Source: Caldisphaera sp. (GTDB lineage: Archaea > Thermoproteota > Thermoprotei_A > Sulfolobales > Acidilobaceae). From it: a DNA stretch of 14,758 nucleotides. A program made the position numbers and the translations under genes. Shown piece by piece: positions 1 through 8,691 of the stretch. How positions within the stretch are numbered: the stretch's first letter is position 1; each line of letters begins with the position of its first letter. The stretch spans positions 1 through 14,758 of the forward strand of contig JBMFKU010000027.1 of assembly GCA_049971805.1 (NCBI GenBank). The letters run 5' to 3'. A model generated the notes under the pieces. It did no database searches. It saw only the letters and a list, made by a program, of their open reading frames with translations, and was not told the origin of the DNA.

Positions 1-147
1 CCTACTGATGTTTATCTTTGATGTTTAATTTATATAAAAGGCTTTTTTAAATTATACGCCTATTCTTTTATCTAGAATTATTTAAAACAAATTAGGTTTC
101 TAATAAGATAAACAAGGAAAATGTCTTATGTTTATAGAAGAAAGGCT

Positions 148-807
148 TTAAATTTTTTGATTAAAATAACTTGAAACAAAGGCTAATCTGCAACAACTCA
201 GATCTCTTATTTCTAAATCCCTAACCTCAAATCTTTCCTTATGTAATGGGCTATTTAAAACTAAAGTATGATACTCACCGTTTTCACCTAAAGGATCTGC
301 ATTGTCTTTTTTAGATAAATTAATAAACCAATCTATGTTATCTTTATTGATAATTTTTCCAACACTTTCTCTCAGATTTTTTGGTCTAGCACCCAAAACT
401 TTAAGCTCGTAGTTATCTTTTATATCGTCCATTAATATCTCCAATGTATCTTTATTCCATAGAGGCTCTCTTAATTTTGCGCCACTTTCTTTTGCTAGAT
501 TCTCCATGTATTTTAAATGATCCTCAACGAATACATCTCCAGCAACTAATGTATCAACATTAAGCTTTCTTAATAGATCAACAGTTTCATTAAATTCCTT
601 TCCCTTATGTAATCTTTTAACAACTATTGGAATTCCTATTGCTGATGCAGAAGCAATTGTTGCTTGCAAATTAACTATATGCGGGCTTGGCTCTGGAAAT
701 TCATAGATTAGAAAAAGAAATTCATCAACAGGAAATTCTATTTGAGCAGCTCTTAGCCCGTCTTTTCCTCCTGAAAACATGGAAATTTTTATGCCCAAGC
801 AACTCAC
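148..807 (-). CDS. DUF71 / diphthine-ammonia ligase (Dph6)-like PP-loop ATP pyrophosphatase
   Basis: N-terminal FSGGKDG PP-loop, GDVFVEDH, EPLW and DPLGENGEYHTLV motifs typical of the MJ0570/Dph6 family. The true start may be TTG at 798, since a GGTGA SD overlaps the upstream stop. Confidence 0.85.
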   Translation of the reverse strand: MSCLGIKISMFSGGKDGLRAAQIEFPVDEFLFLIYEFPEPSPHIVNLQATIASASAIGIPIVVKRLHKGKEFNETVDLLRKLNVDTLVAGDVFVEDHLKYMENLAKESGAKLREPLWNKDTLEILMDDIKDNYELKVLGARPKNLRESVGKIINKDNIDWFINLSKKDNADPLGENGEYHTLVLNSPLHKERFEVRDLEIRDLSCCRLAFVSSYFNQKI

Positions 808-1371
808 CTAAATTCTTTCATAATATAATGATACATTTTTTTCCTTTAAATTATTTAAAGCTATTGTATATATTTCATTTAATGGGGCTTTTCCATGATA
901 TACATCTTCATCAAACTCCATTCTTAATCCCATTCTTAATCCTATTCTATAAGCTGGTCCATTTTCTGCATGGAAAAAAGCTTCCATATTCTTAATCCCT
1001 CTTTTATAGGAACCTAGGATAAGCATTGCGGCAATTATTGTTCCTAACCCCCTCTTTCTGTGCCTAGGATCAACAATAAAAGCAAGCTCAGCTCCTTCTA
1101 TATTATAAGAATATGTTTCTCCCAAACCTGCTATTCTATTGCTTTCATCTTCTCCTATTATTGCAAAACCTAGCTTATTTTTTTCTCCAAATATTTTTTC
1201 TACATGAGATGAAAAATCCTTAAAATAACTTAAAAATCTAAAATATATAGATTCAGAATCCATAGATTCATAAAACTTAATAATTTTTTTCTTATCTTCT
1301 TTTTCTGCATATCTAAAACTATAATGAACTCCACCATCTGTATATTCAGCTAATATATTTTTCAAGTTCAA
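808..1371 (-). CDS. GNAT N-acetyltransferase, Pat/protein-acetyltransferase-like
   Basis: ESIYFRF motif, AELAFIVDPRHRKRGLGT acetyl-CoA-binding motif A, and ENGPAYR motif B. The stop codon abuts the next gene. Confidence 0.85.
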   Translation of the reverse strand: MNLKNILAEYTDGGVHYSFRYAEKEDKKKIIKFYESMDSESIYFRFLSYFKDFSSHVEKIFGEKNKLGFAIIGEDESNRIAGLGETYSYNIEGAELAFIVDPRHRKRGLGTIIAAMLILGSYKRGIKNMEAFFHAENGPAYRIGLRMGLRMEFDEDVYHGKAPLNEIYTIALNNLKEKNVSLYYERI

Positions 1372-1923
1372 TCCCTATATAGTATAGGATAATCTAATAT
1401 TTATCTTAAAATGCTTCAAATATTTATACAGGCTCATTGTGAAGTTGAATAAAACTTTGAAGAGCTATTAAATTATATTTAAACATATTGGACGTATACA
1501 TTAATATTATCTTTTATGATAAAGTAGATATAAATAATATACTTAATGGCTTGATGAGAAATTATGTTATAACGTTGGTGATATACCATTAATTTTCATT
1601 GTAATTATTAAGTGTCTCAAAAATAATTTTGTTAACTTAATATTCGAAAATCTATTATAATTTCTCTTGATCTTAAATTTTCATGCCCAATTAAACTATT
1701 AAATATGAGTTATAATTTATTAATATTATTTTATACTTCTACCCTGCATTGTTGTGTTATTACTTTTACCTTCCTTGTATGGGACATATTTATTAGATCT
1801 TTGTACTACAGAAGGCCCTGTTGAGATTGCTAACATTATTGAGCAAGATGTTTAAATATAAGGTGAGATATATTATATTAAAATTTTTATTTTTTAATTT
1901 TAATATAATTAAACTAATAGTGG

Positions 1924-1937
1924 GAAAAGTTTATAAA
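1924..1937 (+). promoter_or_regulatory. Archaeal BRE-TATA promoter of the serA operon
   Basis: GAAAAG immediately followed by TTTATAAA (1930-1937), about 30 nt before the start. GAGGTG SD at 1960-1965. Confidence 0.6.
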
Positions 1938-1962
1938 TTCAGTTATTAAGAAAAATTGTGAG

Positions 1963-2892
1963 GTGTGGTTGATTGTCGAAGCACTCGTCGTCGATAACGT
2001 ACCTAATAGGCTAGTTTTTTTGTTAGAAAGTAATGGTATTAGTGTAAACTATTCTCCTGGTTTGGATATTGAAAATATAAAAAGAATAATTAAAAATTAT
2101 GATATATTGGTTTTTAGGAGCAGAATAAAAATTAATAAAGAATTAATAGATTTATCAGATAGATTAAAGATTTTGGCAAGGTTTGGAGTCGGTTTAGATA
2201 ATGTTGATCTAGATTATGCCACAAATAAGGGGTTATATATAGTAAATGCACCTAATGCTCCAAGTAATAGTGTTGCGGAATTAATAATTTCTATGATATT
2301 GATTTTAGAGAGGAGATTATATAGAATAATTAACATGGTTAAAGAAGGAGATTGGCCCAAAGGTAAAATAATGGGAGAAGAGATTTCAAATAAGACATTA
2401 GGTATAATTGGATTTGGAAGGATTGGGAAAGCAACTGCTAATTATGCCCATTCATTTAACATGAGAATTTTAGCCAACGATATAATAGATGTAAGAAAAG
2501 ATTTAGAAAAATTCAATGGAAAGCAGGTTTCTCTAGAGGAATTGCTTGAAAAAAGTGATGTAATATCACTTAGTGTTCCCTTAACTCCTTTAACATATCA
2601 TATGATTAATGAAAAAAACATTTCTTTAATCAAAGATAATGCTGTTTTAATAAATACGAGCAGAGGAGAAGTTCTAGATACGAAGGCTTTGCTTAAAAAT
2701 ATAAACAGATTTAAAGGAGTTGGATTAGATGTTTTAGAGCAAGAACCTCCTAAGGATGATTTGTTTAAAAAATTAATAAGAAATGAAAATGTAATAGTAA
2801 CATCTCATATAGGTTCAGAAACATTAGAAGCTATGGATAGACTAACTGAAGAATTTGCTAAGAACATTTTAGAAACGGTGAAAAGAATATGA
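1963..2892 (+). CDS. serA: D-3-phosphoglycerate dehydrogenase (D-2-hydroxyacid dehydrogenase family, no ACT domain)
   Basis: RFGVGLDNVD, NAPNAPSNSVAE, GIIGFGRIG Rossmann motif, INTSRG, LDVLEQEPP and SHIGSET catalytic His. The probable start is TTG at 1969. Confidence 0.85.
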   Translation: MWLIVEALVVDNVPNRLVFLLESNGISVNYSPGLDIENIKRIIKNYDILVFRSRIKINKELIDLSDRLKILARFGVGLDNVDLDYATNKGLYIVNAPNAPSNSVAELIISMILILERRLYRIINMVKEGDWPKGKIMGEEISNKTLGIIGFGRIGKATANYAHSFNMRILANDIIDVRKDLEKFNGKQVSLEELLEKSDVISLSVPLTPLTYHMINEKNISLIKDNAVLINTSRGEVLDTKALLKNINRFKGVGLDVLEQEPPKDDLFKKLIRNENVIVTSHIGSETLEAMDRLTEEFAKNILETVKRI

Positions 2893-3908
2893 AATATCTA
2901 ACTCCTGGACCTATACAGCTTCCTAATGAGGTCTTGGATTATACTAAAAAACAACCCTATTTCCATAGATCAAATGAATTTAAATATATCTTTTCCTCAG
3001 TTATTGAAAAATTGGAAAAAATTGTTAAAGGAAATGCATTAATATTACCAGGAACTGGAACACTATCAATTGATACAATGGTATATAATTATGTTAATCC
3101 TAACGAAGATGTGTTATTAATTGATATAGGAGAATTTAGTAAAAGGTTAGGAGAATCATTAATTTCAAGAGGTGTAAAATTACATATAATAAAAAGTGAA
3201 ATAGGAGAAGCAATAAGTCCAGATATTGTTGAGGATTTTGCTAGAAAAATAAATAATTTAAAGGCTATAGCATTGGTTCACAATGAAACAAGCTTAGGCG
3301 TTGCAAACAGATATGTAGAGAAAATACAAGATATAGCCAAATCATCAAATGCTGTTTTACTGGTAGATAGCGTTTCTGGAATACCAGCTGAAATAATAGA
3401 GAAAGAAATTGATGTTATAGCAACAGCCTCACATAAGGCATTTATGTCTGTACCAGGGGCATCAATAATATTTCACAATATAAATCCTAGGAGTATAAAT
3501 AAATTACCTCTAAGTATGGATTTAAACAAGTTTATTAGCATGAAAGAAAAAATTGAAACACCGTATACTCCACCAATAAATGTAATAATGGGTTTGGATT
3601 ATTCAACAAATTATATTTTAAAAATTGGTGTTGATAGATATGCTGAAATTCATAGAGAAAGAACTGATTACTTAAATGGTTTAGTGAAGTTGAAGCAGGT
3701 AGCAAAAAAAGAGTTTAGAAGTAATACTGTATCAGCATTTTATACAAAGGATGCAAAATCTATAATTAATGAATTAAGAGAAATTGGTTATACGATAGCA
3801 ACAGGTATGGGAAGCCTATCTCAAAATGTTATAAGAATTGGCGTTATGGGAGATGTAGATTTTAACGATATTAAGAAAGTTGCGGAGGTAATTAATAAGT
3901 ATGATTGA
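2889..3908 (+). CDS. Class V PLP aminotransferase (serine-pyruvate / archaeal phosphoserine aminotransferase-like)
   Basis: LTPGP, HRS, VHNETSLG, LVDSVS, ASHKA (PLP lysine), TPYTP and IRIGVMG motifs. ATGA overlap with serA. Confidence 0.88.
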   Translation: MKYLTPGPIQLPNEVLDYTKKQPYFHRSNEFKYIFSSVIEKLEKIVKGNALILPGTGTLSIDTMVYNYVNPNEDVLLIDIGEFSKRLGESLISRGVKLHIIKSEIGEAISPDIVEDFARKINNLKAIALVHNETSLGVANRYVEKIQDIAKSSNAVLLVDSVSGIPAEIIEKEIDVIATASHKAFMSVPGASIIFHNINPRSINKLPLSMDLNKFISMKEKIETPYTPPINVIMGLDYSTNYILKIGVDRYAEIHRERTDYLNGLVKLKQVAKKEFRSNTVSAFYTKDAKSIINELREIGYTIATGMGSLSQNVIRIGVMGDVDFNDIKKVAEVINKYD

Positions 3909-4707
3909 TAAGAGATGTAAGCTGTGTTTAATTAACAGCAGAGTTAACGATCTAATTAAATTAAAGAGAGATGATAAAATACCTGATCTATTAAACAAAA
4001 TGGCATATTATTTAATATCTAATAGAGATAGAGATGAATTGTTTGTCAATACCTTTAATTACATAAAGGAGATAATTAAAGATGAAGATCCTTATAGAGA
4101 GTTAAAAAAATATTTAAATAAAATTGGCAGGGAATCATCACTATTAGTAAAAAAAGAGCTTATAGAAAATAACTGGGATTTAAATCTAGCATTAAAGTTT
4201 TCAGCTGCAGCAAATATAATAGATACAAATGTTTTAGGCTATGAAGCGGCTGATTTAAAAGATGCTTTATATGATGAACCAAAGATATTTAACGATATAA
4301 ATATACCCAAAGATAAGGAAATTTACTTGGTTTTAGATAATTCTGGTGAAGTTTATATAGATTTGTTATTAAAAGAGTCATTAAAAAGGAATGGATATGA
4401 TGTTAGAACTGTAATAAGAAAGGATAGTTATGAAATAGATGTATCATTAAACGATGAAATTGGATCTGATTTAGTTATAGAAGGAAACAATTCTCCAATA
4501 AAAAGCTTAAAGAGCGGATTTATAATAGCAAAAGGTATTGCTAATTTAGAGGCTTTCCTATTTTCTGATCATAAATTAGAAACTCTTCATTTGTTTAGAG
4601 CTAAGTGCGAAGTATTAGCAGAAAGATTCAACGTTAGTAAAAACACTCCTATAATAATAGATGGCTTAAGCTTGCTGAAAGAAATAAAGAAAAATAATTT
4701 ACAATAA
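3901..4707 (+). CDS. DUF89 / ARMT1-like metal-dependent phosphatase
   Basis: N-terminal CxxC, DPY, ANIID, LDNSGE, AKGIANLE and AKC motifs. Overlaps the upstream gene by 8 nt. Confidence 0.82.
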   Translation: MIDKRCKLCLINSRVNDLIKLKRDDKIPDLLNKMAYYLISNRDRDELFVNTFNYIKEIIKDEDPYRELKKYLNKIGRESSLLVKKELIENNWDLNLALKFSAAANIIDTNVLGYEAADLKDALYDEPKIFNDINIPKDKEIYLVLDNSGEVYIDLLLKESLKRNGYDVRTVIRKDSYEIDVSLNDEIGSDLVIEGNNSPIKSLKSGFIIAKGIANLEAFLFSDHKLETLHLFRAKCEVLAERFNVSKNTPIIIDGLSLLKEIKKNNLQ

Positions 4708-4894
4708 ATCTAAACTGTTAAATATTCATTAATTGTAACTGTAAAGTTTGAATATACGCCTTGCCGGTTATTATAATTACTTGCATTTGCAATGTTTTGT
4801 TTGCTTAAAAGATAAGGCAAATGACTTAAGAAACGACAAGCCTCACCCTTCTAGGGGGTAATGCTTTTAAGGTTTGTTTTTTAAATAATTAGAT

Positions 4895-5227
4895 ATGAAT
4901 AGCTATCAAGGGTATTCTTCACAGGGAAGAAGTAAAGTTGGCCTCTACCCTATTACCAAACTAAAAAAGGATCTATATGGTGTAGAGAGGGCTAAATCCT
5001 TTTTTCATGTTAAAAGAAATCTTTTTATATTTGTTTATAACAGCTCTAAATGGACAGCTATGATAGGGCTCTATTATTTAGCCGGTTTATTTAGCACAGC
5101 AACTCCACCAGCTTATAATATATTTGCCGCAGGAGCAGTTTTGATGGGTATACCGTTAATGGCGTTATTTTTGGTTTCTCAAAGGATGATGACTAAGGCA
5201 TATAGCAATTTGGCAGGAATAAAGTAA
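4895..5227 (+). pseudogene. Sugar ABC transporter permease (MalG-like), C-terminal remnant
   Basis: WTAMIGLYYL...YNIFAAGAVLMGIPLMALFLVSQRMM...AGIK matches the MalG-type C-terminus. The N-terminal part of the ORF is degenerate and most TM helices are missing. Confidence 0.72.
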
Positions 5228-5263
5228 ATATTATTAAAAATCTTTTATGAGAGGTGGTATGAA

Positions 5264-5448
5264 GTGGAATATGTAAAATTGGAAGATGTTTGGAAAACAT
5301 ATAAAGTAAAAAAACGGAAGTGAGTCCAGTTAAACGTCTTTCTATGGGTATTGATAAAGGTGAATTGGTAGTAATATTAGGGCCATCAGGAGAAGGAAAA
5401 ACTACTCTGCTAAAAATTATATCAGGTATTATTAGACAAGATAAAGGT
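5264..5448 (+). pseudogene. Sugar ABC ATPase (MalK-like), N-terminal remnant
   Basis: GAGGTGG SD at 5251 and GTG at 5264 give VEYVKLEDVWKTYKVKK. After a frameshift in A7 (5308-5314) it reads TEVSPVKRLSMGIDKGELVVILGPSGEGKTTLLKIISGIIRQDKG (Walker A), then is cut by IS sequence. Not in the ORF track. Confidence 0.85.
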
Positions 5449-5638
5449 TGAGTTGTTCAAAGCTTATGGAGTAAACGTTCTTGTAGCATTTCAAGATGAG
5501 CCAAAGGATTACATGCAGGAGTTAGTAGAGGACTTCGTTGAAATCGTTAAATCATTCGCCTCTAGAATCTACGGTCATAGGTCTCACAAATATGAAAAGG
5601 TGGTCAAGTGTGTTGAAGACGTTGAAAAGGACGGTTAG
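5447..5638 (+). pseudogene. tnpA: IS607 TnpA serine recombinase, C-terminal remnant
   Basis: ELFKAYGV...QELVEDFVEIVKSFASRIYGHRSHK is the IS607 TnpA C-terminus. The HTH and catalytic serine domain are absent. Confidence 0.85.
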
Positions 5639-6922
5639 GGTAGAGAGCGACACTCTTAACCAGTGGAAGTACCACGTGCTAAAAGATGTTGAGGAATTTC
5701 AGAGAAACATGGTTAACGAGATGATTGATGTAATACTTTCTGAAGGCTTACCAACTACAAGGAAGAAACTACACGAGAGGTTTTACAACCATTATAAGGA
5801 GAAGTACCCCTTCCTACCTTCAAGGGTAATTGAAGGTGCATATACTGTTGCCAGTAGGATTGTTAAGAGCTTTAGGGAGAAGATGAAGAGAGGGCTAACG
5901 AGAAAGGATAAACCAGAATACAGAAGGGTAATGATCACTATTCCTAACACGATTAACTGGGGGTTTAACAAGGTTTCGGTCAGCGTTTTAACTCACAAGG
6001 GTTGGGTTGAGATCCCACTCAGAATAACTAAGCAGTTCATCCACTACTTGTATGAAGGTTGGAGGGTTTCGCAAGAGTTAAAGTTAAGATTAGTGGGTAG
6101 GAAAGTACTCGTTTGGCTTACTTTTGAAAAGGAGGTTGAGGTTAAAACAAAAGACGGTAATTATATCTCTATTGACGTTAATGAGAATAATATTACCGTT
6201 GCGGTCTTCGAGAGTTATAAGCTCAGAGAGCTGAGGCGTTATGAGACTGGACTAGGAAAGATAGTTATAAACTATTCCTTGAGGAGGGAAGAAATTACTA
6301 AAGGGCATTCAATTAAGGAGTTAATAAAGAAGAAGTTGAGGAAACTGAAGGAAAGGGAGAGGAAAATAGATGTGTTAAGGAAAACTGTTAAGAGGATAAC
6401 AGATTTGGCTAGGAATTTGAAGGCTAAGGTTATTGTTGGTAAGTTTTCCTCTAAAGCTAAAGATAGGATGGAGATTGGTAAAGATTCTAGGCTTAGGCAT
6501 AGGATTCATCAGTGGAGTGTTATCAAGCTTGTTGAAATGTTGAAAACACAGCCGATAGCCGTCACGGAGGTTTCTGAATCTTACACTTCCTCTCTTAACC
6601 TGTTTAATGGGGAGAGGTTATAGAAGGGAAAGCAGTTTGTTGAGAAAGTTGTCAAGGTTTTCAACCCCCTACCTGATGACGGGCGCTGCTCACGAGGGTG
6701 TTAAGGTAGTGAAGGTAACTGCTAGGTATTTGGAAAGTAGTAAGGTTTTGCTAGAAAGGGATTCAATTGCTCCTCTTAACATTATGAAAAAGGTGGATGG
6801 GAGGGTAGTGGTGTTTCCCTCGACTAGCCCCAATGATTTAAGGGTGATTGTGTGTGATCCCTTAAGAGGCCGTGGCGAAATTAAAAGTAATTAAAAGTAA
6901 GGAAAAGTTACGCCACGGGTAA
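5610..6922 (+). pseudogene. tnpB: TnpB RNA-guided nuclease, disrupted
   Basis: RuvC-I SIDVNENN, VSESYTS and RuvC-III ERDSIAPLNI. Lesions: in-frame TAG at 6621-6623, an extra C in C5 at 6665-6669, and a probable frameshift near 6870 before VAKLKVIKSKEKLRHG*. Merges ORFs 5538..6623 and 6607..6894. Confidence 0.85.
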
Positions 6923-6941
6923 ACACTAGTAACTCCCATGG
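6797..6941 (+). ncRNA. Predicted TnpB omegaRNA scaffold
   Basis: Nested stems at the IS right end: ATGGGAG 6797-6803 with CTCCCAT 6933-6939, TTAAGGG 6838-6844 with CCCTTAA 6859-6865, and CCGTGGCG 6870-6877 with CGCCACGG 6911-6918. Confidence 0.6.
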
Positions 6942-7040
6942 TTGTGGGTTTGTCAAGAGGAGATGAATTATCATTCAATGTGAGTCCAGAATCAATAGTT
7001 TTGTTTGATAGGAAAAGCAATGTTAATTTAATTAGACAAT
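6942..7040 (+). pseudogene. MalK-like ATPase, C-terminal (TOBE) remnant
   Basis: GLSRGDELSFNVSPESIVLFDRKSNVNLI resembles MalK C-termini. It is followed by CAA (possibly a former TAA) and a T-rich tract. Confidence 0.65.
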
Positions 7041-7355
7041 TTTTATTTTACATTCTTTTTTATATAATTATATGTGTAATAGCCCTAACTTCTGTGTATC
7101 AAGGAAAAATAAATAGCTAAGTGCGATTCTAAAGCTCAATGGTTTTTTAAATATTATTAACTATGGAAAAGTAAAATAAGTCTAGTTCTCTTTATAGCTG
7201 AATTAAGTCAGTAAGCGCTATTAAATAAAAATGAAATATTACCCATCGTAATACGATTACCTTAGTTTAATTCAAGTGGGAATGGTTTTTATATTATTTT
7301 TGATATTATAAAATTTATATATCTCTGGTCAGTTAAATTAAAGTGGTGAAACGAA

Positions 7356-7880
7356 ATGGGTGCATTAGCTAGTACAGCTATGAATACTCTTTTTTGGGAA
7401 GCAGGCGTAATGACATTACTCATAGGTTTTGTTAATATGGGTATTGGAGGTACAAAAAATAATCCAAAGGATTTTGGTATAGTAATCCTAAGCGGCGCTA
7501 TAATGGAAACTCTTGCATTAGCTTTTGTTATTCAAGATGCTGCTGTTTTTGATGCAACTGTTGCTGCAGCCTTTGTTTTGTTACTATGGATGATATCAAT
7601 AGCATTAATACTTGGAGGAACAAATATGTATATAATACAACATGCCTTATGGTTTACTGGTATAATATTTGCTATGTTTGCTACATACACAGCTATACAT
7701 GGATTGATATTTATTTCTGTGATACTATATTTTTTAGTTCCTGTTACAGTATTTCTATCATTACATGGCTATACAGGAAAAGCAACTTATGCCAAAATTG
7801 CAGGAATTTTCTCAGCGCTTGATGGATTCCTATTCTTAATCTTGGCATTTGCAGGCTCAATAGGTTATGTTTTACCATAA
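7356..7880 (+). CDS. Small six-TM membrane channel/transporter, SatP (AceTr) or AmiS/UreI-like
   Basis: 174 aa with about six hydrophobic helices and a SatP-like C-terminus (KIAG...G...YVLP). It has a GGTGA SD, an upstream TTTATATA box (7314-7321) and a downstream T-tract. The family assignment is tentative. Confidence 0.6.
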   Translation: MGALASTAMNTLFWEAGVMTLLIGFVNMGIGGTKNNPKDFGIVILSGAIMETLALAFVIQDAAVFDATVAAAFVLLLWMISIALILGGTNMYIIQHALWFTGIIFAMFATYTAIHGLIFISVILYFLVPVTVFLSLHGYTGKATYAKIAGIFSALDGFLFLILAFAGSIGYVLP

Positions 7881-7906
7881 TTTTTATTTTTAATTTATGT
7901 TTTTTA
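7881..7906 (+). terminator. T-rich archaeal terminator
   Basis: TTTTTATTTTTAATTTATGTTTTTT directly after the stop codon. Confidence 0.45.
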
Positions 7907-8377
7907 ACCTAATAGGTTTTTTATAATTCTTTGATAAATAAGCAGTAAACCTAATCTTCAATGCAGAATATTAGAGAATTCGATAAGATGTGGTGATTTA
8001 GTTAGTTTTTAAATTTTTTCTGGTATTTGTATTTATCTATTGATAAAACCAGCTTTTGTTTTTTCTTTCGATGAAATTACCAATCGCTCTGATTAGCTTA
8101 GGATAATTTTCATTAACCTTTCCTTAAATAAAATCGTAATGTCTTCTTCCTATATTTAATCCGCTAGTTCTTGATTAAAAAGTCACAAATAGTTTCGTTC
8201 ATTATGTTTACGTATAATCTATAATGTACCTTCCGAAGTTCCTTACTTTTTATTTTATATTTTTATAAGAACTTCTTTCTTATGGTTTCATAATTGCATA
8301 TATCGTTTATAATAATGCGAAACTTTTCTAATAGCCATGAAGGAAAATAAATAAGCTTAAAACTTTCAGTGTGAAAG

Positions 8378-8677
8378 TTGTTATTCGATCCAAGACCAAA
8401 AACAAATAGAAAAGATTTATACGATTTTCAAGATAAATTAAACCTTATTAAAAAATATATAGGCCAGCATCTTATTGTTGTTACTGGTTTAAGGAGAACT
8501 GGAAAAACTTCCCTTATACTTACATCTTTAAGTGAACATAACTCTCCATACATCTTTTTTGATTTAAGAGCTATACCTAAATCAAGAAAAGAGCTTTACC
8601 GGCTCATCTCTACAGGCCTTACAGATTTTCTTTCTAGAACATCAAAATGGGAAAAATTTACAAAAAATTTTAGGTAA
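8378..8677 (+). pseudogene. Archaeal AAA ATPase (ATPase + winged helix family), N-terminal fragment
   Basis: LFDPRPK start, Walker A GLRRTGKTS and FFDLR. It stops at 99 aa, before Walker B. Confidence 0.85.
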
Positions 8678-8691
8678 AAAGTTTTTTAAAA

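Larger units (their letters stand above)
5447..6941 (+). mobile_element. IS607-family element (Sulfolobales-type), left end deleted
   Basis: tnpA remnant overlapping tnpB, visibly higher GC than the flanks, and malK halves on both sides. The right end is inferred at GG 6940-6941. Confidence 0.85.

Noticed and set aside
687-995. 102-aa plus-strand ORF
   Set aside because: Antisense shadow of two well-supported genes, with no recognisable motif.
1374-1388. CCTATA-TAG-TATAGG palindrome upstream of the GNAT start
   Set aside because: Only 6-bp AT-rich arms and a single occurrence, so it cannot be distinguished from chance.
1700-1855. Short (<45 aa) ORFs on both strands of the divergent intergenic region
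   Set aside because: No clear SD or motif, and competing frames leave none supportable.
3816-3998. 60-aa minus-strand ORF
   Set aside because: Antisense to the aminotransferase/DUF89 junction.
6879-6900. AATTAAAAGT tandem repeat (2 copies)
   Set aside because: Only two copies, inside a hairpin loop at the tnpB end. It is not a CRISPR array, and no repeat-spacer array was seen anywhere in the window.
6938-7120. 60-aa ORF as a real small membrane protein
   Set aside because: Better explained as the malK C-terminal remnant reading through a lost stop into T-rich DNA.
7586-7822. 78-aa alternative-frame ORF
   Set aside because: Nested out of frame within the membrane protein gene.
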